From: a virus
Lineage: Duplodnaviria; Caudoviricetes
Virus record (IMG/VR): IMGVR_UViG_3300037722_000745
Coordinates: 224,001 to 288,000 of that record
Length of the DNA: 64,000 nt
Direction: 5' to 3' (one strand)
Of the stretch, positions 42,801 through 52,587 are shown piece after piece. The position numbers and the translations under genes were made by a program. Each line of letters opens with the position of its first letter. Positions within the stretch are counted from its first letter, which is position 1. The notes under the pieces are model-generated. The model was given only the letters and a program-made list of their open reading frames with translations, was not told the origin of the DNA and did no database searches.

Positions 42801-43692
42801 TCAGGAGAGGGAGTTGATCGATCCAGACCCAGAGCTGCTTAAGCGCTATCGGGTTCTCCAGACCAAGCTCATCGCGCAGATCCGCAAAGACCAATTCAAC
42901 CCGGAATTGGCAGGAAAGCTTTTCGGGCAACTTGCCGAACTGCCGAGTTACCTTGATCGTGCGACGGCCGACACTGGAAACACGGAGGAGGGGGACTACA
43001 CGATTCGTTACCCTGAGTCAGTTGGAAACGAGGTTGTTGCCACACAACCACCGCTGCCGGCCTCTGAAGTCTTACCCAAGGAAGAGTGGCTCCTAAGAAA
43101 AGTTCAACAGGAACTGTCCGAGGGGCGTAACGTCCTCGTGTTCTCGTGGCACACGTCCCTTCTCCAGCGGTACGCCCGCCTCATCTCGGATCACATCGAT
43201 CAAAAGGTTCCGATTCTTTACGCTAACAAAGTTGGTACAGCAAAGCGCCAGGAGTGGATCACGAAACAGGTCGTCAAGAAGGGGGTGCGAGTTCTCGTGA
43301 CCAATCCGATTGTGATCCAAACAGGGCTCAACAACTTGGTGCACTTTGCGACAGAATTGTGGATGGAGAACCCCGCGTGTAACCCAATTATCTACCGCCA
43401 AGCCGTGGGGCGAGTCGATCGTATCGGGCAGCGGATCCCCACCCGAATATTCTCTCCCATCTACGCCGGAACGCTTCAGCAGCAGCTCTATGACCTGCTG
43501 CTCCAAAAGGTGGCTGTCAGTGTCTCGACGGACGGGCTCGACCCTGAGTCCGCTCTCCTGGCCGCGGGAATCGGTACAGACGCCTTCATGACGGGACTCA
43601 GTATTGGTAAGCAGCTTTGGGCTATGCTGTCTGAGGGTTTCACGGTCAACCCGAAGGAACAGGAGGAGAACCGGGCGTATGGACAGGTCTAA
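39895..43692 (+). CDS. SAM-methyltransferase (DUF6094-like) plus SF2/SNF2-like helicase fusion
   Basis: GYYKTP, DPCAGEG, LFLNPPYD; GEIGSGKT, DECHE, QTGLNNL, QAVGRVDRIGQ. Confidence 0.85.
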   Translation: MARIESVAVGGYYKTPTHLLPRITPLLAPYHGDETVSFMDPCAGEGEAILHLAQAWIKNQKIQLYTCEMEATRAGTLQKICKDNHWGWVRTSIHGDAFCVTFNGEGVSVLFLNPPYDTDRVHGRLEHKFLSRFTSGLKPGGGVLLFVVPHYALAASAEFLATEYDDPHCFKFPEEDFASFKQVVLFARRLSEPRLVPEPTLKERIKGWATDPSNLPELPNLVSKPLGEVLPSSSYRGSLSEWRLQPTDMIGLIGKARPWTFSSRGGHQVPVLGVLPDVPIESLLLRKYPVATPPRPAHIAAGIAAGIFNGSRVEPTDSSTRLPPLLVKGVFDQEWRTVEEKTNKKGEVTSVVQVQQPKLVATVLDLTTYQYHTLQENDSESPDVGTLSVAGLLKHYGDSLMEVMEKQCPILYDPRKDGDSIPLAPTARTLYIAQQHATKALVKLLGGPGLPLKARRGKGAILLGEIGSGKTSVSISLVNTIGSKRPLVLCPPHLLDSWRDEAAQVLPDVEVRVLRSVGDIEALAADTQKEMILSVVSRETAKLSHGWEGVGPLCPRCGSPTPKVDLARKRMRCKARHLVPTGKLETRKLNGPLARLVLKLANQLIPYDPTDPTVEYLLQGRWDRKRIAFYKGKYNEDTPPVFPGFTPNYFDDVLDALLPRFSEGDRVAKAIVWILLCLGSVERVAQVAEHFLSQPRVDYRLRDFGRHLLFLLPPNGQRQLELIHRYGDNNHDVWNPWGQLLNQVSEEQQGLHSHVAGLPLLWEGGRLTVEKAEARSLGAAKAALTILSRLSGLQWSKPCGEILFQAVPEPRRVALADHIYHRYPALFDALILDECHEYSTAGSAQQQAGHRLTGLGLPTLLMTGSVMNGYAESLFMNMWAISPPFREEFVRSDKSKFNDRYGYRKRLLQDRDEEGSVVEFGSMSDRVTRSNRVIGNAPGVLPLFLLRHLLPISVTLHKADLALELPPCTQERELIDPDPELLKRYRVLQTKLIAQIRKDQFNPELAGKLFGQLAELPSYLDRATADTGNTEEGDYTIRYPESVGNEVVATQPPLPASEVLPKEEWLLRKVQQELSEGRNVLVFSWHTSLLQRYARLISDHIDQKVPILYANKVGTAKRQEWITKQVVKKGVRVLVTNPIVIQTGLNNLVHFATELWMENPACNPIIYRQAVGRVDRIGQRIPTRIFSPIYAGTLQQQLYDLLLQKVAVSVSTDGLDPESALLAAGIGTDAFMTGLSIGKQLWAMLSEGFTVNPKEQEENRAYGQV

Positions 43693-44227
43693 AATATCGG
43701 AACTCAAAGCAGAGATCTTGAGCCTCGTCCAAGAACGGACGCCCCTAATCTGTCGCTACACAGAGAGCCACCAAGACTTGAACTCCAGCTATTTCAGATT
43801 CACTCTGGCAGTCGGTTTGGAAGTTGTCACCCTCAATCTAAGAATAGGCCGAGACTCCAGACATGTACTTCGTGTGAAGACTCCACACTCCATGGTTTCG
43901 ATCCATCGTGAGACATCACAGGGGTTCTTCAACGTCGAGCTGATCGTTGCGAAGATTTTAGAGTCCTTGCAGCGCGAGGCCAGTGTGCGAGATCAGCAAC
44001 ACCAAATCGAGCTTAGATTGAGAACTATCGTTGGAGCTGTGGCTAGACTCCGAGAGAGATCTCCGGAGAATGTCACGTTGACCCCTACGAGAGATGGCAT
44101 CGACCTTCAGATCCACGGTCTGTCGGAGGAGGATGCAGACCGTATTTTCTTGATTCTGAAGACTTCCTCTCAGACTCACAGTCATAGAAGTAGATGGGAC
44201 CATCTTCTGGAAGGCCCGGAAGACTAG
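43679..44227 (+). CDS. hypothetical protein
   Basis: Start MDRSKI after GGAG. Confidence 0.65.
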   Translation: MDRSKISELKAEILSLVQERTPLICRYTESHQDLNSSYFRFTLAVGLEVVTLNLRIGRDSRHVLRVKTPHSMVSIHRETSQGFFNVELIVAKILESLQREASVRDQQHQIELRLRTIVGAVARLRERSPENVTLTPTRDGIDLQIHGLSEEDADRIFLILKTSSQTHSHRSRWDHLLEGPED

Positions 44228-44228
44228 C

Positions 44229-44932
44229 CTAGCCATAGCCAGCTGGGAACAACCCCACACTCCGCGTAAGCTCTTGAATTTGAGCAGGCGTGAGTTCCGT
44301 ATCGTAGATAGCTACCGATTGAAGGGACTCGTCAAAAGCCGACGTGCCAGAGGGGAACTCCATCATGAATAGAACGGAAGACGATCCCCCATCTGCCGCA
44401 GTCAGGGTCCCATTTCCGACATTTAGCCCATTCACGTAGAGATTGATGTCAGTCCCAGCGACATCACGAGTGCCGGCCACGACGTTCCACGCGTGAGGTA
44501 GCACGCTAATTGCAGAATCGAAGATGTCATCAGTTCCACTACCATGCTCGTGGTGCCAACGAATGCAGCGTGGAGGCGTCTCCAGCTGGGCTACCTACGG
44601 TGATGTCCGAAGCAACTCCCAAGCCAACAACCCCGGTAGTTGGCTAAAGTGCCGGCGACAGCAACTGAAGCAGCGAAAGCGAACTCGGTGTTGGGTATGG
44701 CCTTCATCCGGCCTGAGTACCGGTAGCTGTTGCCAGCACTGTGGCTCATCGTATGGGATATACCGAGCCCAGGACCAAGGTAAGAGGAAGAGGCCAAAGA
44801 CCCTGGATCAAACAGAATCCAGTTGGACAGCGTGTCGGTCTCGAAGTAGTCCGATACTGCATCAAGACCAGACGCTGGACGGGCATGGACATCAAGCACA
44901 GAGACTTGATTCGGTCTCCTAAGGTATGTCAC
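44229..44932 (-). pseudogene. frameshifted chimeric LamG/concanavalin-like structural gene
   Basis: 3' part (RWHHEHGSGTDDIFDS...ELTRSVGLFP) is a paralogue of 45039..45743; frame changes near 44591. Confidence 0.65.
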
Positions 44933-45038
44933 ACCTACCGCCTCCAGAAAACACGAACCCAGTTAAGAGGACCTCTGCCTCTAACCAAGTGCCTTTCTTA
45001 GCCAACCTGCCAAACGAGTCCGACTTGCCTGCCATGCC

Positions 45039-45743
45039 TCACCCTAGACCCTGCGGAAGAATCCCTGTACGTCGAGCAAGCTCTCGTACTTGAAGAGGTG
45101 TCAACTCCGCGTCGAAGACAGCAACTGACTGTATAGCCTCATCGAACGGAGACGTGCCACCCGGAAACTCCATGAGAAAAAACGTCCCGGAGGTACCGCC
45201 ACTAGGTGCCGTTACCGTCCCGCTCCCGACGTTTTCTCCATTGATGTACAGGTTGATACCAGTTCCTAGGGCATCTCTGGTAGCACAAATGTGCTGCCAG
45301 ACCATCGGTTGAGCACTGATTGTGGAATCAAAAATGTCGTCAGTGCCGCTGCCATGTTCGTGGTACCAGCGGAGCTTATTTCCGATGAAGCTCAAGTTCC
45401 AAATCGTATTGGTAGCTAAGGATTCTCCTGACCCGCCATACCCCACAATACCCTGCCACCCTGAAAAGCTGACAACCCGCACCAAGGCAGCTACAGATAC
45501 CGCAGCCGTTATCTGAAACGCTACATCGGCACTCTCCATCCGCCCAGAGTTTATGCAAAGCAGGTCGTGACGATACCCAACTATCTCTTCAGTAGACACG
45601 GCCTCCGTTAGCGACCTGCCATTCCCAGAAGAATCTACTAGCTTGTTGGCCCCATCGAGCTGGTACAACGCGATTGGGGCCAACAAAGTGTCGTGTAAGC
45701 GCCGTCTAGCTATTCCTGATATGTACGTCACACCAATCGCCAC
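45039..45743 (-). CDS. LamG/concanavalin-A-like structural protein
   Basis: WQHICATRD...LYING..VG ... VAVFDAELT pattern. Confidence 0.75.
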   Translation of the reverse strand: MAIGVTYISGIARRRLHDTLLAPIALYQLDGANKLVDSSGNGRSLTEAVSTEEIVGYRHDLLCINSGRMESADVAFQITAAVSVAALVRVVSFSGWQGIVGYGGSGESLATNTIWNLSFIGNKLRWYHEHGSGTDDIFDSTISAQPMVWQHICATRDALGTGINLYINGENVGSGTVTAPSGGTSGTFFLMEFPGGTSPFDEAIQSVAVFDAELTPLQVRELARRTGILPQGLG

Positions 45744-46720
45744 CCTGCCCCGGTATAAAGGTAGTGCAGCGATATTCCAGCCCCTCCGAAGTCAAAGCTA
45801 GATACCAACGCTTCGGTCACGGGATCCCAGATGGTCTCTCCGTTTCCTGAGATCGTGATGTCGGTGCCATCATCGGCATCCTCTAGGATTCCAAACTCAT
45901 CACCGGGATTTGGTGATGTGGGCGCTGAAAGAGTAAAGGTGCCGCCGGAAGCGTCATATGCCTGGCGCTCTCCAACGGAGATCGTGGTGTTCGCTGCAAC
46001 TGCCGCAACGAACGTAAGACCACCACTCCCACCACTTCCGGCACCGGAGACCGTAGATTGGAATCGAACGATAGCGCCGATAAAGTCAATCGCAGCCACA
46101 CCTGTGACGTTGGTCAGGTGCCACTCAAGAGATAGCACTGTAGCAGCAGCCAACGGATTCGTCGCATCGCCCGCGTCCAAGGTGAACCCAGCTCGATAAA
46201 GATCACCTGCGGCCAGCCCGTTGCCAGTTGTAACCGTAACTGAATCTGTAAGCTGAGTAGAGGTCTTGGCTGGCCCTGTGCCTGTCGACAACTCCTGTGA
46301 CGCCGTGTAGTCGAGTGTGAAGTCTGCGGTTGTCGAGTCAGTCTCTGTTGTGGTCAGAGCAAATACGAGATCCAAAAACACATCCCCATGATCCCACTCC
46401 GGTGGCATTACCAGGGATAGCGCAACCGTCTCATCTACAGCATCGAAGCGGAGAGCCGGGACAGTCGGGGTGGTACCGACCGTAGATGTCGTGGGGGGCG
46501 TGCTTCCAAGGGTCCAACTCTCAATCCCGATGGGACAACCAACAAGCCCGCCTGGATTCACCCATGCAGCGGATGTAGCCCCACTAGCTCTAAGAAGCTG
46601 TCCAGCTACTGGCGGTGCAGCCGCACCTACTACAACCGGGGATCCTGTCGTAGCTAGCTCCGTAGCTCCCTGTTGCCCAGGAGCCGGCTCAGTTTCTGTT
46701 TTCGTGAGATATGCTTTCAT
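45728..46720 (-). CDS. putative tail/structural protein
   Basis: Thr/Ala/Gly-rich, in structural module. Confidence 0.7.
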   Translation of the reverse strand: MKAYLTKTETEPAPGQQGATELATTGSPVVVGAAAPPVAGQLLRASGATSAAWVNPGGLVGCPIGIESWTLGSTPPTTSTVGTTPTVPALRFDAVDETVALSLVMPPEWDHGDVFLDLVFALTTTETDSTTADFTLDYTASQELSTGTGPAKTSTQLTDSVTVTTGNGLAAGDLYRAGFTLDAGDATNPLAAATVLSLEWHLTNVTGVAAIDFIGAIVRFQSTVSGAGSGGSGGLTFVAAVAANTTISVGERQAYDASGGTFTLSAPTSPNPGDEFGILEDADDGTDITISGNGETIWDPVTEALVSSFDFGGAGISLHYLYTGAGWRLV

Positions 46721-46725
46721 ACCGG

Positions 46726-48210
46726 TTACCGCCTAGTGGCTAACGAACCGTGTGCCCCTAATACAGACGATGGAGCAGAAGCAAACGTGGTCTTGCCGTC
46801 AAAGGCCGCACCTCCATCTTGCTGCCAGTCATTCGTTCCACCCCCTTCGCCCACGTCAGGAGCAGATGACATATGGATCCGACTAGCACCTGACTGCTGT
46901 ACGACTAACTGCCCAGGAGTCTGGGCTTTGATCTTCACGCCGCCTGTCATATACACGGCCATGTCATCCAAGATCCTGACCACGGGAGAAGCGCTTTGGA
47001 TGTCCACATTCGTTAACTGTAAAGAGCCTGGCCTCCCTGTCAGATTGAATGCGCTGATGCCAGAATTTCTGATCAGAACAGGCGTGGCAGATCGACCTTG
47101 GATAACCAACAGAAAGTTCCGAGCAGTGGCTGCTGTCACGCCAACGTCTCCGCCAAAGCACCACACTTGGCCTTGGTTAACCCCGGACAACCCGGTGCCC
47201 AAGGTATCAACGCACCAATGGCCCCACAATACTGCTTGTTGACCCACCACAGCGAACGCGTGACATGCGACGAAGACACAACCTGAGCCAAAAAAATTCT
47301 CGAATCCTGGGATCCCTAACCCGGATGCAAATCCAGCATACGCTGCCTCCCTGGACAACCCTCGGCCAAGACCGACCACGCCAGTCGTGCGGTACACGTC
47401 GAAGAAGCTCGACTCAGTATCTGCAAGGATTACTCCATACATGTACACAGGCGCTCGGCCAAAGGAGAGGCTGTCGTATGATGGTGAGTTCTGGAACCGA
47501 AGCCATTCGAACGAGAAGAACCCCTCGACGTCCAAGTGTGAGGCACTCGAAGCACCTGTATCGGCAAACGTGTGCGTCATAGACAACGGCGACGGGGTAT
47601 CACCGACTACAGGGTAGGTCGCTAACACTCGACCTCCTGGATCCGGAGGAACCAGGATAGCAGTTGGTTCGATTACCCGATAACTATCACCGTCCGCCGG
47701 AGTGGCAGCAAGCTCGTCAGTTACTGGGATCAAGTCGTCTCCGCTTACATTACGGATTTGAACTCTGATCCCTGCCGCAGCACCGTCCAACCACTCGATC
47801 CACCTGTGTGCCAACCCACCTGGTAACCCTCCACTCGTGACAAATACGCTCTTGGATGTCCCTGCTTGAGCGGTGCCGGTATGAAGAGTGGTGAATACAG
47901 AGGGATCCCATACTTCATCAGCATAAACCCGGATCCAACCACCTCCAGTGAACGAAAGACCCACAAAAAACCCGTTGTCTTCCGGCATCACATAGGTTTC
48001 GTTCCTAATGTGAATGTTGACTTTGTGTCCGACCTCCGAGGGGAAACGTTGAAGAGCTTCTGCCAGACTTTGAAGTGGTTCGGCCTGAGTTCCAGCATTA
48101 TCGTCGTCTCCTAAACTAGGAGACACATACAGGTCAACAGTAACCGAGGATGGAACGGAATCGGTCGATCTAGTGAATAAGGTCCCAAACCCATCATTGT
48201 TGATCGCCAT
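46726..48210 (-). CDS. putative tail spike/fibre protein
   Basis: LYVSPSLGDDDNAGT..PLQSLAEAL motif typical of beta-helix protein N-termini. Confidence 0.7.
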   Translation of the reverse strand: MAINNDGFGTLFTRSTDSVPSSVTVDLYVSPSLGDDDNAGTQAEPLQSLAEALQRFPSEVGHKVNIHIRNETYVMPEDNGFFVGLSFTGGGWIRVYADEVWDPSVFTTLHTGTAQAGTSKSVFVTSGGLPGGLAHRWIEWLDGAAAGIRVQIRNVSGDDLIPVTDELAATPADGDSYRVIEPTAILVPPDPGGRVLATYPVVGDTPSPLSMTHTFADTGASSASHLDVEGFFSFEWLRFQNSPSYDSLSFGRAPVYMYGVILADTESSFFDVYRTTGVVGLGRGLSREAAYAGFASGLGIPGFENFFGSGCVFVACHAFAVVGQQAVLWGHWCVDTLGTGLSGVNQGQVWCFGGDVGVTAATARNFLLVIQGRSATPVLIRNSGISAFNLTGRPGSLQLTNVDIQSASPVVRILDDMAVYMTGGVKIKAQTPGQLVVQQSGASRIHMSSAPDVGEGGGTNDWQQDGGAAFDGKTTFASAPSSVLGAHGSLATRR

Positions 48211-48211
48211 A

Positions 48212-48634
48212 TCAAAGTAACCGGATGTAGAATGTCATGGGGAAGGCTGTAACGTTAGTGATCGTCGTGGTTGTAAAACCACTGTTATGGATGATGTCAA
48301 CGGTCCCTGTGGCATCAACCCAATCGGCGACAACTTGCTTGAGGACATAGACAACGGGAGCAAACCCAAAGTTGTGTGTCAGAACGGTTGTGTCCGCTCC
48401 CCCACTTGCCTCCAAATCGACTTGATCTTCAAGCGTTATAGCACCGGCCTGAGAGAACCCTTTTAAATCTCCTGCCACCGCGCTGCGTAACACTTCCGAA
48501 GTGTTTTGAAGGTACGCCGCTGCTCCAGGCCCTAGATAGCGGTCTTCGCTGCGACGTGCTTCCGTTTGAGAAGCATGAACTACCTTCAAGTCACTCAGGT
48601 AGATCCGATTGTTCGAGATGTTAGTGACTTTCAT
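48212..48634 (-). CDS. putative structural protein
   Basis: ORF in structural module. Confidence 0.7.
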   Translation of the reverse strand: MKVTNISNNRIYLSDLKVVHASQTEARRSEDRYLGPGAAAYLQNTSEVLRSAVAGDLKGFSQAGAITLEDQVDLEASGGADTTVLTHNFGFAPVVYVLKQVVADWVDATGTVDIIHNSGFTTTTITNVTAFPMTFYIRLL

Positions 48635-48677
48635 TTAGCTTGCTCTAGCCACCTAGGCGGGCCAATCAAAAGACTAC

Positions 48678-51600
48678 TCAGGCCCCGTGCTCAAATACCT
48701 TCCCTAGCACTCTCCACTCAATTGTGTGAGCTGCTTCTCCAGTGACCCGGATCAAGACGTCTTGAGAGGATACGGCCAAGGTCACATCCCATGCAGAAGC
48801 CCCGGCTGATTCGTACGACGTGACCACTTCATCTAAGGAGGTCACAGCGCTGGCGCCGTCCCGGTTGAACGTGGCTAGGAACTTCTGGCGAATTGTATCG
48901 TCCGTAGCTTCTCGCCCAACGACCGTGAACTCTAGCTCGATCACTCGCTCATCCGCTAAGGTCGAATACGTCGCTATGGTGGTGACTGTCGCGTCGGTTG
49001 TTTGCACTGTGGCATCAAGGAACGTCTGGCCTGGGAACAGCACCGAGAGTGCATCAGCCGCTGTAAGGCCACCTAAAGCTCCAGCAGCAGTACGACCGAC
49101 GATCCTTGATGCAGCAACGGCCAGGCCCCCCACGTTGCCGCCTGCGGGGCGAGCAACCAACTCATCCTCACCGACCGCCAATGCCGAAATCGATCCACTA
49201 GTCTGACGGCCCAAGACCGTCTCTTCTGCAACCGTCAGAGCTACTGGGGTGTCATCACTGTCAGCCTTGAGGATCGTGTTGGCATCAAAGATAGATGCCT
49301 CCACCCCTCGAAGCATGGCCACAACTGCCCACCGGGCTCCTTGCAGATCATACTGAATGAAGACTGACTCACCGTGAGCCAGTCTGTAGTCCACAGACCC
49401 AGGACAGTTAAACCTATCCACTGCTGCTGCACCAACATCTTCATGGGCCAGCACCACATCCGTGAGTCGGAAGTTGGTCAGCTTTTTGATCAGAACATCG
49501 GTAGTAAAGGTTACGTCCAACCCTTGAAGCGTCAAAGCACCAGGGCCACCCGCAAAGAGGACAGAGATTGCTCCTGACCAACCAGTGGGTGCGTAGGCAG
49601 CAACCGACCCCGCAGACGTAGTGTCCACCAAGTAATCGGTAGCCTGTCTTTGCAATAAGCTGAGGACTTGGCTCGAATCGAGAGCAGCAATCACCCCACC
49701 GGTCTGCCTGCCCAAGACCGTCTCTTCCGAGACTGTCAGAGCTACTGGGGTGTCATCACTGTCAGCCTTCAGAATCGTGTTAGCGTCGAACAGTGACGCC
49801 TGGACACCAGAAGAGATCGTATCCAGGAGGATCCATCGAGATGTCGAGAAGTTGTACTGGAAGACGATCGACTCGGTTGGCGCTAGCGTGAAATCAACTG
49901 CACCAGGACAGGCTATTCTCTCAGTGGCCACCGCGGACCCGCTCTCATGCGCGAAGACAACGTTCGCAGTGCCACCGTTAGTGAACCTCTTCCACGGAAC
50001 CGTCGAGTCAGCGAAGCGATCCATGCCCTGGATGGTAAGCAGGCTAGCTCCCGTCCAATGCACAGCGTACGCCCCATCGAATCCACCCGGAGCGTAGGCC
50101 GCTTCAGTCCCAGTCGTGCTATCAGTAACCTGACCGGCGATTCCAGCCAACAGGATGTGAAGCGCCTGGTAATCTTCGAGAGGGCCTAGGTCTCCGGTCA
50201 GACTTCGGCCAAGCAGTCGTAGTGCTCCAACGGAGATAGCAGTGATGTCTGCCCCTTGCCTACCAAGGACCGCGTTGGTTCCAACCGTCAGGGCTACTGG
50301 GGTGTCATCACTGTCAGCCTTGAGGATCGTGTTGGCGTCAAAGAGAGTGGCGCTAATACCACCGCTACCAGCCGGCGGAAGAGGGATGATCCACCGCGTT
50401 GCCGTCGTGTCGTAGAACAGCTGGACGTACTCGTCAGGCCCAACTGTGTAGTCAACATCCCCAGGCAAATCGAAGCGGTTGGTGGGGCCAGATCCAGTGT
50501 CCTCATGCGCAAGGACGAGATCTGTTGTCCCATAGTTCCTGATGACCCTCCACAAGTACTGATCATTGTCAGACGCAGTTGGGGCATCCAAACCAGTGAC
50601 TGTGATTACGTCTGTGTTCGGGGCGACCTTGTAATACCGGGCCCCTGTGTTACCCCACAAATTATTCAGCGTTTGTGGCCCTGCAAGGGCTCCTTCGTCG
50701 AAGATCGTGTTGTCGACCAAGTACCCCAGCTCTGCCTTGGACAGAGATTTCAGGTCGTTCCCCTCACTGCGGCCTAGAACGCCATCTGTACCCAAGGAGA
50801 CTGCGCCCGTTATCCCTGTCCCAACTCGAGCGACAGCTGAGTTCTCTCCAGGATTTATGGCATCTAGTGCGCCGAACTCGTCGACCGAAACCAAACCGTT
50901 GGCTCCGTTGCCAACTTTAGGGTGTAACCACCCATTGGTGACTCTCCACCCATCACGATCGGCATCAAACTGACACTCTACGTAGGAGTGGACCCCTACG
51001 AACTGAATGGATCCGACACCATCTCTGCCAACGGTCAGGTCTATGACCTTGCCGTTACCGCTTACGGTCAACTTGTTGGTCCCATTAGCGTTGGGACCAT
51101 CCTCATAGAAGCCCACCCTATCATCCGCACTAGGAGAACTTGGGAGTGAAGCTGTGATTCCGGATACCTCACTGTCCCACCGCATGATTTTCCCAGCAAC
51201 CGCGTTGAAAGACAAAGCTTGGACAGCCGTGTCGAACGCCAAGCCACTACTAGTACCTGCCGCGCCTGCGGCGACAACAAACCAACGAAGTTGCCCAGAA
51301 GCGTCATAGACCACAGAGACTGCTTCACCAGGAGCCACTGTGTAGTCGGTTGCTCCTGGCAGTCTGAAACGGTTGCTCGCTACACTACCGGCGTTTTCGT
51401 GGCTGAGAACTAGATTTGTGGTGCCATCGTTCCAGAGAACTCGCCAATAGTAGAAACTGTTGTCCGACGCGTTTGGAGCATCGATTCCAGTGAGTGTGAC
51501 GATGTCTGTATTGGGGGCAATACGTACTTGCCGTGAGCTACTGGAAAAAGCGTTGTGGATCGTGGCTGGCCCCGCGGTGGCCCCAGCATTGAAAATGGTC

Positions 51601-51890
51601 TTGTCTACAATATATCCGAGCTGACCGGCCGATAACGCCTGCAAGTCACCTCCCTCGGTTCGGCCAGGCACCGAGAAGTCAGGGATAGCTAGGCTTCCTT
51701 GCGGATTCGAACCTGCCTTTGCGAGTATCGAGTCGTCTGTCAACTGCTCTTGAGCAATGGTGGTGACGGCCCCTACATCATCCTTGGTTTTGACCAAGTC
51801 GTCTGCGGGATCGACGAACACCCGGATCCGGTTACTGCTTGTTGCAGCCGCGACAGAACCTGGGCTTTCCTTTTCAAACTCGATGCTCAT
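48678..51890 (-). CDS. large tail-fibre-like protein with internal repeats
   Basis: FDANTILKADSDDTPVALTV x3; VL(A/S)HE...RF..PG..D(Y/F) x4. Confidence 0.8.
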   Translation of the reverse strand: MSIEFEKESPGSVAAATSSNRIRVFVDPADDLVKTKDDVGAVTTIAQEQLTDDSILAKAGSNPQGSLAIPDFSVPGRTEGGDLQALSAGQLGYIVDKTIFNAGATAGPATIHNAFSSSSRQVRIAPNTDIVTLTGIDAPNASDNSFYYWRVLWNDGTTNLVLSHENAGSVASNRFRLPGATDYTVAPGEAVSVVYDASGQLRWFVVAAGAAGTSSGLAFDTAVQALSFNAVAGKIMRWDSEVSGITASLPSSPSADDRVGFYEDGPNANGTNKLTVSGNGKVIDLTVGRDGVGSIQFVGVHSYVECQFDADRDGWRVTNGWLHPKVGNGANGLVSVDEFGALDAINPGENSAVARVGTGITGAVSLGTDGVLGRSEGNDLKSLSKAELGYLVDNTIFDEGALAGPQTLNNLWGNTGARYYKVAPNTDVITVTGLDAPTASDNDQYLWRVIRNYGTTDLVLAHEDTGSGPTNRFDLPGDVDYTVGPDEYVQLFYDTTATRWIIPLPPAGSGGISATLFDANTILKADSDDTPVALTVGTNAVLGRQGADITAISVGALRLLGRSLTGDLGPLEDYQALHILLAGIAGQVTDSTTGTEAAYAPGGFDGAYAVHWTGASLLTIQGMDRFADSTVPWKRFTNGGTANVVFAHESGSAVATERIACPGAVDFTLAPTESIVFQYNFSTSRWILLDTISSGVQASLFDANTILKADSDDTPVALTVSEETVLGRQTGGVIAALDSSQVLSLLQRQATDYLVDTTSAGSVAAYAPTGWSGAISVLFAGGPGALTLQGLDVTFTTDVLIKKLTNFRLTDVVLAHEDVGAAAVDRFNCPGSVDYRLAHGESVFIQYDLQGARWAVVAMLRGVEASIFDANTILKADSDDTPVALTVAEETVLGRQTSGSISALAVGEDELVARPAGGNVGGLAVAASRIVGRTAAGALGGLTAADALSVLFPGQTFLDATVQTTDATVTTIATYSTLADERVIELEFTVVGREATDDTIRQKFLATFNRDGASAVTSLDEVVTSYESAGASAWDVTLAVSSQDVLIRVTGEAAHTIEWRVLGKVFEHGA

Positions 51891-52462
51891 AGCAGCACAA
51901 CTTCTCCAATCATGATGAGAGTTCCGTACACGTTGATCCCACCATGCACGATCATTTGTTGATGTTGAGGCACAGTGACTGTTTCCCCTACGGGGATCGT
52001 CTTGTAGCTAAAATTGATAGAGGAGGAACCTCCAGAACGGATCAAGGGGTTGACTTTGGTGGCCCACCCAAAGTCCACACTACCCTCCCTAGTCTCCGTG
52101 ACGAAGCCCACCCTCGTCCCGAAGGTTGTTAGGGTATAGAGACCAAAGGTGGTCTCTAACGGGCCTCCCACCCCAGTCACCATGCTGCGGAAACCTACGG
52201 CCCTACCGTCGCCGTTTGGGAACGGGAAAGTTACGACGGTGGAAGGAGACAGGACTAGATGGGAGACAGGATTGACGTCTGTCAACGTTGGAGTAGTGCT
52301 GAGTTCATCCGTACCGAGGACCTCTAAGTACCACTCTGTTGCGCTTGCTGAGTCCAGCAAACGAACCCCAATGGTGTTGCTCGCTGTGACGTTTACGCCT
52401 CCTGTCGTTGCGACAAAGGGACCCGCTCCATCTTGGACTTGGCAGACCGGAGAAAGAGGCAT
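51887..52462 (-). CDS. putative structural protein
   Basis: ORF with 4-bp overlap to the fibre gene. Confidence 0.7.
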   Translation of the reverse strand: MPLSPVCQVQDGAGPFVATTGGVNVTASNTIGVRLLDSASATEWYLEVLGTDELSTTPTLTDVNPVSHLVLSPSTVVTFPFPNGDGRAVGFRSMVTGVGGPLETTFGLYTLTTFGTRVGFVTETREGSVDFGWATKVNPLIRSGGSSSINFSYKTIPVGETVTVPQHQQMIVHGGINVYGTLIMIGEVVLL

Positions 52463-52587
52463 GGATCACACCGTGTGGAATGAAACGAGCATTTTGCGAT
52501 GTCGCACCTAGGCGAGGGGTTTCCACAAAGGGACACCATAAGGAAAATGTGACCGGCGGTTTTTCTTCTTTTGGGTGGAACTTGTTC

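Noticed and set aside
43093-43707. Long antisense ORFs such as 43093..43707, 10979..11665, 55594..56211 and 58495..59274
   Set aside because: Shadow frames of GC-biased genes with no motifs or RBS; the 30215..30973 ORF differs because it has clear nuclease motifs
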